This document shows positions 1 through 9,150 of a stretch of 57,761 bases of DNA, one piece after another (positions within the stretch are counted from its first letter, which is position 1; each line of letters opens with the position of its first letter). The translations under genes were made by a program, and so were the position numbers. The stretch comes from an uncultured bacterium (GTDB lineage Bacteria > Latescibacterota > Latescibacteria > Latescibacterales > Latescibacteraceae): positions 1-57,761 of the forward strand of contig CAYWBT010000001.1 in assembly GCA_964456585.1 (NCBI GenBank), in the 5' to 3' direction. The notes beneath the pieces are model-generated. The model did no database searches. It was not told the DNA's origin and was given only the letters and a program-made list of their open reading frames with translations.

Positions 1-42
1 ACTTTCCATCCTTAATATCAACAGCCGGAATAACGAGCATGG

Positions 43-639
43 TTATAACTCCATAAAGTTTTTCAGAATCGCCAGCCCCTTCTGCTGACTCTTCTCCGGG
101 TGAAACTGGATGCCGTACACCCGGTCGCGCCCGACAACCGAAGCATAGTCTATGTGGTAATCCGTTTCGGCGATGACGTGTTCCCTCTCCTCCGGATCGA
201 CATAGTAGGAATGCACGAAGTAAAAATACGAGTGATCCGGTATGCCGGTGAGCAGGGGGTTCTCGCGCCGTATATGGGCCTGATTCCAACCTATCTGCGG
301 GACAAGCCCCTCCGGGAAGAGTCGAACCTTCCCCCTGAAGAGACCGAGACCCGTGTGTGTTCCCTTCTCTTCGCTCTCGGTGAACAGCACCTGAAGCCCG
401 AGACAAATCCCGAGAAATGCCGCGCCGTTTTTTATCGCCTCGATGATGGCTTCGTCCAGGCCGCGTTTCCGAATGTTCTTCATGGCGTCACCGAATGCGC
501 CGACACCGGGAAGAACAAGGTGTGAGGCATTTCGCAGGCCCTCCGGGTGTTTGACCAGCGACGTCTCTCCGCCGACAGCTTCGAATGCTTTCCGAACGCT
601 GCCGAGGTTCGCCATGCCGTAATCTATAATAACAACCAT
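43..639 (-). CDS. hisH: Imidazole glycerol phosphate synthase, glutamine amidotransferase subunit HisH
   Basis: 198-aa ORF. Class-I amidotransferase layout: N-terminal VIIDYGMANLGS, nucleophile elbow GICLGLQ, C-terminal GIQFHPEKS. Length is typical of HisH. Confidence 0.9.
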   Translation of the reverse strand: MVVIIDYGMANLGSVRKAFEAVGGETSLVKHPEGLRNASHLVLPGVGAFGDAMKNIRKRGLDEAIIEAIKNGAAFLGICLGLQVLFTESEEKGTHTGLGLFRGKVRLFPEGLVPQIGWNQAHIRRENPLLTGIPDHSYFYFVHSYYVDPEEREHVIAETDYHIDYASVVGRDRVYGIQFHPEKSQQKGLAILKNFMEL

Positions 640-883
640 TTGCGCATCCTCAAGGTAATTTTAGACTTATAAAAGAATCAGTCCCGAGTGCCCGCTGAAA
701 TACTCAGCATGCGCGGCGTTCCCCACTATTCGGTGAAGGGTGGGAGACAATACAAAATGTCGGTGCAGGAATTGAATCTGCTTTTCACCGCTCACGGGAG
801 ATGGGGATGGTGCACTGTTCTTTTTTTCCCGCATATCCTTCCGGCAGGCGGGAATGGTACCGAAGGCGATATCAGACGTATCT

Positions 884-1684
884 CTACGAGCCAAGCTCTT
901 TCGACCGCAGCGTCGCCGCTTCAACAGCCTCGATGATTGTGCTGCGGAAGCCCCCAGCCTCGAGGGCTGCGATACCTTCAATGGTCGTCCCCGCGGGCGA
1001 AGCAACCAAGTCCTTCAGGGTAGCTGGATGGATGTCGTTTTCCATGATCATCTTCACCGTACCGAATACGGTCTGGATCGCAAGCTGAAGGGCCACCGGA
1101 CGCGGCAGTCCCATCTTGACACCGCCGTCGCTCAACGCCTCGACCATGAGCGCCACATAGGCAGGACCGCTCCCCGAGAGACCGGTAACCGCATCCATGT
1201 TTTTTTCCGGCAGTTCCAGCACCATGCCGGTAGCATTCATGATTTCCTGCGCCAGTTTGGCATGCTCTACGAGTGCGCGCGAGCCCCGTGAGATCACTAT
1301 CGCCCCTGAACCGATGAGGCAGGGCGCATTCGGCATAGCCCGTATCACCGGGATATCGGTGAGGACTGCTTCGATCTTTTTGGTGGACAATCCGGCTATA
1401 ACAGACAGCACCAACCGGATGTTCGCGCATCCCTTCAATTCGGAAAGAACGCTTCCGGCATCGGCAGGCTTGACCGCAAGGATCACCGTATCCGCAGCAG
1501 CGCCGACTTGCTCAACGGACATGGAGATAACGTGCCCCATGTTCTTGGCGTTGGACAGCTTCCCCGCATCGACATCAAAGATGTGAATATCGGAGGGCAG
1601 GTAACGTTTCGATTTTATCAGCCCGTTCGTGATGGCACTCCCCATGTTTCCATAGCCGATAATTCCGAGTGTACCCCGATTCAT
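884..1684 (-). CDS. proC: Pyrroline-5-carboxylate reductase
   Basis: 266-aa ORF. N-terminal Rossmann GIIGYGNMGSAI, MPNAP motif, and C-terminal P5CR signature LSGSGPAY ... VASPAGTTIEG. Confidence 0.9.
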   Translation of the reverse strand: MNRGTLGIIGYGNMGSAITNGLIKSKRYLPSDIHIFDVDAGKLSNAKNMGHVISMSVEQVGAAADTVILAVKPADAGSVLSELKGCANIRLVLSVIAGLSTKKIEAVLTDIPVIRAMPNAPCLIGSGAIVISRGSRALVEHAKLAQEIMNATGMVLELPEKNMDAVTGLSGSGPAYVALMVEALSDGGVKMGLPRPVALQLAIQTVFGTVKMIMENDIHPATLKDLVASPAGTTIEGIAALEAGGFRSTIIEAVEAATLRSKELGS

Positions 1685-1728
1685 AATCCCCCCTGTCGAG
1701 TCAGTGTAGTCTCCATACTTCCCTGGTG

Positions 1729-2649
1729 TCAGACGTACAGCAACCAGCCGTACCGATCTTCCACCCTGCCGTAGACGATATCAAAGAAGGCTTTCTGAAG
1801 GCGCTCAGTAACCGGACCGCGGACACCGTCACCGATACGAACGTTGTCGATCGAAGCGACGGGTGTCACTTCGGCCGCCGTGCCGGTGAAGAACACCTCG
1901 TCGGCGATGTACAGCATCTCGCGCGGCAGTGCCTGTTCCACAACCTCGATCCCCATCTCGCGGGCGATGGTTATGATAGAGTGACGGGTGATGCCATGCA
2001 GAACGCTGGCTCCGACCGGCGTTGTATACAGAATGCCGTCCCTGACAAGAAAAACGTTCTCCCCCGATGCCTCGCTGACCATGCCGTTAACGTCGAGACC
2101 GATACCCTCGTCAAAACCACTGGCGAGCGCATCCATCTTGATGAGCTGGCTGTTCATGTAGTTCGCGCCGACTTTTGCCATATTTGGCAGCGTATTGGGA
2201 GCCATCCGATTCCAGGAGGACACACACACCTTTACACCCTTTTCGAGGGCTTCTGCACCCAGGTACGCGCCCCAGCCCCAGACAGCGATGACCGTTTCAA
2301 GAGGACAGTGCGCGGGATTGACACCGAGTTCACCGTACCCCCGGAAGACAATCGGGCGGATATAGCAGGCGTCCAATCCGTTGACTCTGATAGTTTCAAG
2401 AATCGCGTCAAGGATCTCGTTTATGGTATAGTCCGGTTCGGTACGGTATATTTTCATCGAATCATACAAGCGCTTAACATGGTCATCCAGGCGAAAGCAC
2501 GCAGATCCTTTCTCTGTCTTGTAGCAGCGCGCACCCTCAAAAAACGACGTCCCATAGTGGAGTGCGTGGGAGAGCACGTGAAATTTGGCATCATCCCAGT
2601 TAACAAATTCCCCGTTATACCAGATTTTATCGGCTTTCTGCATGGCCAT
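1729..2649 (-). CDS. ilvE: Branched-chain amino acid aminotransferase (fold-type IV PLP enzyme)
   Basis: 306-aa ORF with [37 protein letters not shown] and [10 protein letters not shown] motifs typical of IlvE. Confidence 0.9.
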   Translation of the reverse strand: MAMQKADKIWYNGEFVNWDDAKFHVLSHALHYGTSFFEGARCYKTEKGSACFRLDDHVKRLYDSMKIYRTEPDYTINEILDAILETIRVNGLDACYIRPIVFRGYGELGVNPAHCPLETVIAVWGWGAYLGAEALEKGVKVCVSSWNRMAPNTLPNMAKVGANYMNSQLIKMDALASGFDEGIGLDVNGMVSEASGENVFLVRDGILYTTPVGASVLHGITRHSIITIAREMGIEVVEQALPREMLYIADEVFFTGTAAEVTPVASIDNVRIGDGVRGPVTERLQKAFFDIVYGRVEDRYGWLLYV

Positions 2650-3000
2650 AAGTTTTCCTCCGCAGGTAAGAGCAAGCAGGCAGTATAATCAAAAATTATC
2701 GAAAGAGAAAGAATACCATATAAATATAGTAAAAGAAAGAGGAAAATCAAAAACATTGCTCCGTGCCGTCCTCCCCCTTTTCAGAATATACGACACATGG
2801 ATCACCGGCTGTCATCGCACGGCAAAGAGGTATAAAGAGGGGACATCCTCTCTTTTACTTTTATTATTGCAAAATATAGAATATATTACTATGATATTAA
2901 AACGCTCAAGACCAGAAAAATGCACACTTCACTGCGTGTGATCGCATACTGCCCTGCGCCACGTCTTCTCAGGTAAAGCAGGGCATACGGATGGCATGGC

Positions 3001-5493
3001 ATGTCGAAAAACACTTCGAAAAAACCCACCGCCGGTAAGAGCAAGAAGAGTGAAATATTCGGGATGATTCTGGTCATTTTTTCGCTTCTCCTCTTAGCCT
3101 CGGTCGCAAGCAATAATCCTGTCGATTGGCCCGGTTCTTCCCATGCTTTCGATGAGCCGTCGAAGAACCTGATCGGACGGTACGGTGCTTTCATGTCTCA
3201 TTACATGCTCGAGTGGTTCGGATATACGTCCTATGCGATCGTGCTCATCATGGCGGTTGCCGGCGGCGTGATATTCCTCCACCGGAAGCTCCGTACCCTC
3301 CTTGCGCCGATCTTGTTCGCCGGTGTCTGGGGAGTATTTCTGCCGCTGCTCGTCGCACTGATCACGGACATCGGGGCTGACAATACGCGTGTTGAGCCAG
3401 CCTTCCGGTACGGCGGCATTTTTGGCGGCCTTCTTGCTCACAACCTGGTTACCTATCTCGGCAAGACGGGAACGTATCTCGTTTCGCTCGCGGTGCTCCT
3501 CGTTTCCCTGGTGCTTACAACAAACCTGAAGCCGTCGTCGCTCGTGGAATTCATCGGTGCCGTATTCAAACCTCTCGGTTCGACCATCATCGATATTATC
3601 AAACACACCGCGAAGCGTACCCGTCCTTCCAAAAGAACAAGGCAGAACAGCATGCCCGGTGGCCGCATCGTGGAAAAACATGCAGACGACAGTCCGTTCC
3701 TTACACCGCTCGGCGGTGGCGGGAGGGAAGAACGGATGCCTTCCGATCAGGAATCCGGAGAGCGCGATTTTCCGGCAGGACCGGCAACACCCCCAATTGA
3801 ACCAACAATTTCCGACAAACGAAGGGGCCCGGAACCACGGGAAGAAGCGATTGCCGATCATGAAGAAGAAGAAAAACAACTCTCCGAAACGCTTGACAAG
3901 ATACGGGAGCATGAACCGATCGAGTACATTTATCCGGGCCCTGAGCTTCTCGACGAACCGAGGACCGACGAATACAGTGAAAGCCGTGAGGAAATGCTCG
4001 GACAGGCGCAGCGCATCGTGGAGAGTCTCAGGCACTTCAACATCGACGCCGAAGTACGGCAGATCACTCCCGGACCGATTGTAACACGGTATGAATTGAC
4101 ACTTGCTCCCGGAATCAAGGTCGGCAGAGTTGTCGGTCTCTCCAACGACCTCACTATGGCGCTCCGCGCAAAGGGCGGCATCAGGATCATCGCCCCGATT
4201 CCGGGCAAAGCAGCCATCGGCATCGAAGTACCAAACAAAGTCCGTGCGATCGTCTCCTTCCGCGAAATCGTCGAGTCGGAAGCCTTCATGTATTTGGACA
4301 AGCCCCTTGCGCTCGCCATCGGGAAGGGAACGTCCGGAGAGCCCGTCGTCACAGATCTAGCGAAAATGCCTCACCTGCTGATCGCCGGGTCCACCGGTTC
4401 AGGCAAGAGCGTTTGTATCAATACGATAGTGGCGAGTATTGTCATGAAAGCCGCCCCGAGCGATGTGCGCATGATCCTTATCGATCCCAAGGTGGTAGAA
4501 CTCAGTATATACAACGCTATCCCGCATCTCCTTACCTCGGTTATCACCGACCCGAAGAAAGCCGCCGGTGCACTCAGGTGGGCAGTCCACGAAATGGAGA
4601 CACGGTATCGCAAGCTGGCATTGCTCGGTGTGCGTAACATCCACCAGTACAACGAAAAGGTCGATGAACTGCTTAGACAGACAGCGATAGAAGAAATGGA
4701 AACCAACGAGGCTTCCACAGATGAAAACCTCACCGATGAGGAACAACTCCCCCTGCCAAATGTAGAAAGCGGTACCGAAGACACGAGAGAGCAGCCGGAA
4801 CACCTGCCGCTGATCGTGATCATCATCGATGAGTTTGCTGATCTCATGGTCGTTGCCTCGAACGAAATCGAGGAATCGATCGCCCGGCTCGCACAGATGG
4901 CACGGGCGGTGGGAATGCACCTCGTGCTGGCGACACAGCGTCCCTCGGCAGATGTCATCACCGGATTGATCAAGGCGAACTTCCCCTCGCGGATTGCATT
5001 CAAGGTCATGCAGGCATCCAACTCCCGCATTATACTTGACGAGGGAGGGGCGGACAAACTCCTCGGCCTGGGAGATATGCTCTTTCTCCAGGCGGGCAAA
5101 CCCGAACCGGTTCGTATGCACGGCGCGTTGATAACCAGCGAAGAGTGCCAGTGTATCGTCGACTTCATCGAATCGCAGACTGAGGAGCACCCGACGCGGA
5201 TCAACGATGATGAGTTCCAGAAAGAGGAAGAGGAAGTCCAAAACACCCTCGGCCTGCGTAATCCCAACGAACGCGATTCGCTCTTCTTCGAAGCCGCACG
5301 TCTGGTGGTCAGGCACAACCAGGGATCGGTCAGTCTCCTTCAGCGTCGGCTCAAGGTGGGCTACGCTCGTGCGGCACGCCTGATTGACCAGCTCGAACTG
5401 AACGGGATTGTTTCACCGTACGATGGCTCAAAGGCTCGCGAGGTGCTCGTCGACGACCTGTACATTGATGAACTCGAGGCAGGAGACTTTTAA
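3001..5493 (+). CDS. ftsK: DNA translocase FtsK
   Basis: 830-aa ORF. N-terminal multi-TM region, acidic/Pro-rich linker, Walker A GSTGSGKS, Walker B LIVIIIDEFADL, and a C-terminal gamma winged-helix (SVSLLQRRLKVGYARAARLIDQLE). Confidence 0.93.
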   Translation: MSKNTSKKPTAGKSKKSEIFGMILVIFSLLLLASVASNNPVDWPGSSHAFDEPSKNLIGRYGAFMSHYMLEWFGYTSYAIVLIMAVAGGVIFLHRKLRTLLAPILFAGVWGVFLPLLVALITDIGADNTRVEPAFRYGGIFGGLLAHNLVTYLGKTGTYLVSLAVLLVSLVLTTNLKPSSLVEFIGAVFKPLGSTIIDIIKHTAKRTRPSKRTRQNSMPGGRIVEKHADDSPFLTPLGGGGREERMPSDQESGERDFPAGPATPPIEPTISDKRRGPEPREEAIADHEEEEKQLSETLDKIREHEPIEYIYPGPELLDEPRTDEYSESREEMLGQAQRIVESLRHFNIDAEVRQITPGPIVTRYELTLAPGIKVGRVVGLSNDLTMALRAKGGIRIIAPIPGKAAIGIEVPNKVRAIVSFREIVESEAFMYLDKPLALAIGKGTSGEPVVTDLAKMPHLLIAGSTGSGKSVCINTIVASIVMKAAPSDVRMILIDPKVVELSIYNAIPHLLTSVITDPKKAAGALRWAVHEMETRYRKLALLGVRNIHQYNEKVDELLRQTAIEEMETNEASTDENLTDEEQLPLPNVESGTEDTREQPEHLPLIVIIIDEFADLMVVASNEIEESIARLAQMARAVGMHLVLATQRPSADVITGLIKANFPSRIAFKVMQASNSRIILDEGGADKLLGLGDMLFLQAGKPEPVRMHGALITSEECQCIVDFIESQTEEHPTRINDDEFQKEEEEVQNTLGLRNPNERDSLFFEAARLVVRHNQGSVSLLQRRLKVGYARAARLIDQLELNGIVSPYDGSKAREVLVDDLYIDELEAGDF

Positions 5494-5497
5494 TTAT

Positions 5498-6163
5498 ATG
5501 AAGTTCACGATCACGGTGAAGTGGGCCGTCGTAGTCCTCGTATGTGCGGGTGTGCTCGCTATTCACGGCAATACGGCGGCAACAAAAGAGAACGATCCGG
5601 AGAAAATTGTCGCCCGGGTTGAGAAAACCCTGCAGAACATGAAAACGCTTTCCTGCTCTTTCAAACAGGTCTACTACCGGAAGGTAACCGACAGCACGGT
5701 CAGTCTTTCCGGCATGTTTTTTTTGAAAAAACCCTACTTGCTCCGCATGGAGAATCAAAACCAGACCGTTGTAGTCGACGGGAGTCTGGTCTGGCTGTAC
5801 GTTCCGCGGAACAACCAGGTGCAAATTTCCGACTTCGTACCGACTGAGAAGGATTTCCCGACCCCGCTCAGTCTGTTCGAGCGTTATTCCGGCAGCGGTT
5901 CGATAGGTTTTTACGGTGAAGAGGATCTGAACGACAGTACATGCGCAGTGCTCACCATCGATTCCGATGAGCCGGGGAAGAATCGTGTGACTGTCTGGAT
6001 AGATCGGCACCTCCATTTTCCGGTTAAAACAGTCGAGGAGTCACCGAACGGCGATACGGTGTGCTACCTGCTCAAAGAGGTGAAACTCAACGAAGCGATC
6101 ATCGACAGCGTCTTTACCTTCACCGTGCCGGAGGGTGTCGAGGTCATCGATCTGCGGGAATGA
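5498..6163 (+). CDS. lolA: LolA-like outer-membrane lipoprotein carrier protein
   Basis: The ATG at 5498 (MKFTITVKW...) gives a signal peptide followed by a LolA-like body (CSFKQ..., GMFFLKKPYLLRME, LVWLYVP). It sits directly downstream of ftsK, as in the classical ftsK-lolA arrangement. The ORF-track start at 5408 would overlap ftsK and lacks a signal peptide. Confidence 0.72.
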   Translation: MKFTITVKWAVVVLVCAGVLAIHGNTAATKENDPEKIVARVEKTLQNMKTLSCSFKQVYYRKVTDSTVSLSGMFFLKKPYLLRMENQNQTVVVDGSLVWLYVPRNNQVQISDFVPTEKDFPTPLSLFERYSGSGSIGFYGEEDLNDSTCAVLTIDSDEPGKNRVTVWIDRHLHFPVKTVEESPNGDTVCYLLKEVKLNEAIIDSVFTFTVPEGVEVIDLRE

Positions 6164-6250
6164 TCGGGAAAGACATCAGGTACTGCCGGCATCCACAGAA
6201 ACCGTCTTCCCTGTTATGTAGGTTGACAAACGTTTCTTTTAAATCGAGCG

Positions 6251-6500
6251 TTTCGTCTACAATCGGGTGAGGCTCCGGTTTTTCGTTTGGGCATACAATC
6301 CGGGAAATGTGGTGAGACGCTGTTTCTTCCAGGGATACTAAAACATTGGTCGATTCGCAGCCTTCTCGCGAAGTTTATTAAAACCGGAGCGTCAGTATCG
6401 TGGACCAGACGGAAAGATTGCCAGAGACAGTAGATATGTCACGTTTCAGATCGCTGAAGATGCAATAAAAAAAAGCTGTTTGCCGAGATATTGTCTCGGA
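6251..6500 (+). pseudogene. Decayed C-terminal fragment of an IS1380-like (DDE group-1) transposase, copy 1
   Basis: The translation reads RFVYNRVRLRFFVWAYNPGNVVRR..., then after a stop and frameshift KHWSIRSLLAKFIKTGA, then in another frame RYVTFQIAEDAI. This matches the conserved C-terminus of IS1380-type transposases as I recall it (..NQ.RL.L..LAYNL.NFLR.L.LP..IKHWSL.SL..KLIKIGA.VV.H.RY.TFQ.AE.A.). It is broken by stops and frameshifts and has no N-terminal catalytic part. Confidence 0.6.
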
Positions 6501-6941
6501 AAGAATGATATGATGCTAGTATGTTTAACTACACCGATTAGATTGTTTGAGTGGATACATGTCTTCAAAATGATGTAATATGCTGTATATAATTCAGATA
6601 TGTAGCTTTTATGCACGATCAACTTGACAATATTGCATTCCTTTGGTATACTATAATTATTGGTTTAACCCAGCTCTGGATTGGTTATTAAGAAAGTTAT
6701 AAATCGTTGATGTTCCTAGCCGGTAACATCGACAAACTTTTTTTTAACACCTCATAATTTTGATACGGAAATTCATATTTATTTGGTGGTTCGTTTTTAT
6801 GAGCGGATTACAGGAAATTATTTTGATAGATTCTTAAAACGGAAAAAAGATAGTTAACACGTCAAATTCTACCTAAGTGGTATTTTACTATTTTATTAGC
6901 GCATTAGAGGTTGCGATAATTGTAGTGTTGTGTAATGGAGA

Positions 6942-8237
6942 ATGTTCATAATGAACAACGTAGAAATTTTTTCCTCAGGTAAAAATTCTATTGATATACA
7001 AGGAATGGATGATTTTATACAGTTTAGTCGGTACGATCCTTATAAACCCGAATTATTTCTACATGGAATTGAATTATATGAAAATCTAATAACCAAGTAT
7101 GGTACAATTCTATATGCGCGGGGTACTAAAATTACTCCAAAACATTTAGAACGGCTTTTACAGTTAAGGGAATCTAATCCTAACCTGGATTTTCCTTTTA
7201 TATTAAAGAAAAATGCAGAACTTATTCAAAGTTTTCGTAATGAGATTAAAGAGAATCTATTTATTTTAGTTAATCGACAGACAAAGAAAAGCCAGTTTAA
7301 AGCTTTATTGTCTCAAATCAATGTAGATATTGAAAGTTTTATTGATGACATACTTGCAGATGAAAACATCACTCTTGCACTCTATCATACCAGATACACG
7401 TGTAATAATTCTGAGAAAAAAAAATCAACATTATTCTTTGAGCATTCCCTTAATGTGGCAATTTTCTCGTTAGCCATTGCATCATCTTTCGATTACTCGA
7501 AAATTATTGATAAAGACAAATCAAAGCTGGCTGATATTTTCAAAGTAGGTCTTTTTCATAATTACGGTTCGTTAAGCACGATAGATAGTATCTTGAAGGC
7601 ACCTGATGATACTATATTTGATCTTTATTGGGAAGCAAATCGGAAAGGCTACTCCGCTTTTAAACATACACTTTTAAATTATGATATTCTTAATGCATTT
7701 CGATTGTTGGGCAATTACCATAAAGGGCAAAAAGATTTTATCAAGAGTACTGATTGGCCGGCTGTTATCGCAAATATAGTTTTGGTGGCTGATACATTTA
7801 TCACCAGAGAGAATGGTCTTTTCAGCGAGTCTCAATCTATTACAAGTGTGGTTGATTATTTAAACATTAAGGTTACGGAAAATGAGTTTAACCTTTTACC
7901 GGTACTTACTTTGACAAAAGGATTAAACCTCCGTAAAATATTTGACTTCTATAAAGAGTTAAATAATCTTATCAAAGAATGCCCTTATAATTCCGGCGTT
8001 GCCTACCCACTACGCGGTTTCAAAAGTCCGACTCTCTTTGTTTGTAAAAAAGGAGTCAATGTATGTAAGCATCTTGATCAAAGTAAAAAAGCTGTTAATT
8101 TAAGTTACCCTTTAGGAGAATTGAAGCCGGGCAACTATCATATGTGTTTACACTTAACAAATAAATTAATGACGTTTTATAAGAAGCATTATGTTGAAAT
8201 AAAAGAGGTCGTTGCTGTAAATAAAAAACCTCAATAG
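6942..8237 (+). CDS. Orphan degenerate HD-GYP-like domain protein (predicted catalytically inactive) with a Cys-rich C-terminus
   Basis: 431-aa ORF, the only long ORF in a strongly AT-rich segment. The central region aligns by eye to HD-GYP domains, but key residues are replaced: EHSLNVAIFSLAIA is retained as the first His motif, LFHNYG replaces LLHDIGK, NYHKGQKD replaces HHE..DG.GYP, and VLVADTFITRENG replaces VADVFDALTS.R.Y. The N-terminus resembles the regulatory region common in HD-GYP proteins (ILYARGTKITPKHLERL). Confidence 0.5.
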   Translation: MFIMNNVEIFSSGKNSIDIQGMDDFIQFSRYDPYKPELFLHGIELYENLITKYGTILYARGTKITPKHLERLLQLRESNPNLDFPFILKKNAELIQSFRNEIKENLFILVNRQTKKSQFKALLSQINVDIESFIDDILADENITLALYHTRYTCNNSEKKKSTLFFEHSLNVAIFSLAIASSFDYSKIIDKDKSKLADIFKVGLFHNYGSLSTIDSILKAPDDTIFDLYWEANRKGYSAFKHTLLNYDILNAFRLLGNYHKGQKDFIKSTDWPAVIANIVLVADTFITRENGLFSESQSITSVVDYLNIKVTENEFNLLPVLTLTKGLNLRKIFDFYKELNNLIKECPYNSGVAYPLRGFKSPTLFVCKKGVNVCKHLDQSKKAVNLSYPLGELKPGNYHMCLHLTNKLMTFYKKHYVEIKEVVAVNKKPQ

Positions 8238-9150
8238 TTACCGCAAAACGCTCCATGTTATTTCGAAAAACAAGCTTATTTATTGCTTTCTGCATTGTTC
8301 ACCCATCGTTTCCGGAAAGTTGTATGCTGCTTTGAAGTAATTTAATTAAAAACTGCTATTTTATGTACTAAATCGATAGCTCCAATAATCTTTTTTTTCA
8401 TTGCAAAGCATCGCCTGCAGTGTCCATGCATCCCACATCATCTTCGAAACACCTATCCCATATTACCCTACAGAATTGTTTTGCGGGAATGACAAGTGGA
8501 GTGGAGAATACTATACTGAAGACTCGAGAATGTCAGCGAGCGAACCGTGATGTTTTCATCATAATTGTCTTTTGAAATTTCTCTCTCTTCTTCAATTACA
8601 ACCGAATTTCATTGTAGTTTATCCTTTCTTTTTTCATGCTCGTTTCTTATGTTTGAATGGTGATGCTGTCGTAATAAATTGAACCGACGACAACTCATGA
8701 ATACGTTTTTTCACGTTCTTGAAAAGCAGATACTAAGAACATGAAGTATTTCATGAGTTGATTCTTGTACCTGATCGCTTGTTGCCTTGCTATCATAAGC
8801 GAGGTCAGGCATACCTGCGAGAAAGAGCTCAGACACTTCAGGGGAAGCCAAGCACTCGAGATCAGATGAATCGAGAATAAGGCTATCGTCTATTCTTTAG
8901 GAGAGAACAATGTCAGCTCCTCGTGAGGCAACATTGAACCGACAATCAGCCCTGTTCTCGTCATGTGTATCTCCCCGGATGAATGCACCATTCCATCGGG
9001 ATTTACAACATAGTGTGTAAACGCCGAACTGGACTAAATACTGGCGCACGTATCTGTAATGAATGACTTTTCAAACCATATGCATTCATGATGCTGAAGC
9101 ATATGGTAGATGAATAAAGAAACAGCCACCCATAAAAAGTGTACATCTGA

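Noticed and set aside
1726-2688. 320-aa plus-strand ORF opposite ilvE
   Set aside because: It is a shadow of a well-supported aminotransferase gene.
2836-2985. Hairpins in the ilvE-ftsK intergenic region (GAGGGGACATCCTCTC followed by a T-run; TGCCCTGC...GCAGGGCA)
   Set aside because: The stems are short or have large loops, and no upstream co-oriented gene needs termination. This is insufficient to call a terminator, attenuator or riboswitch.
4371-5318. Long antisense ORFs (315 aa and 305 aa) inside ftsK; similarly 3094..4035 (-)
   Set aside because: These are shadow ORFs opposite a confidently identified gene. Their products are low-complexity and Ser/Arg-rich, with no recognisable motifs.
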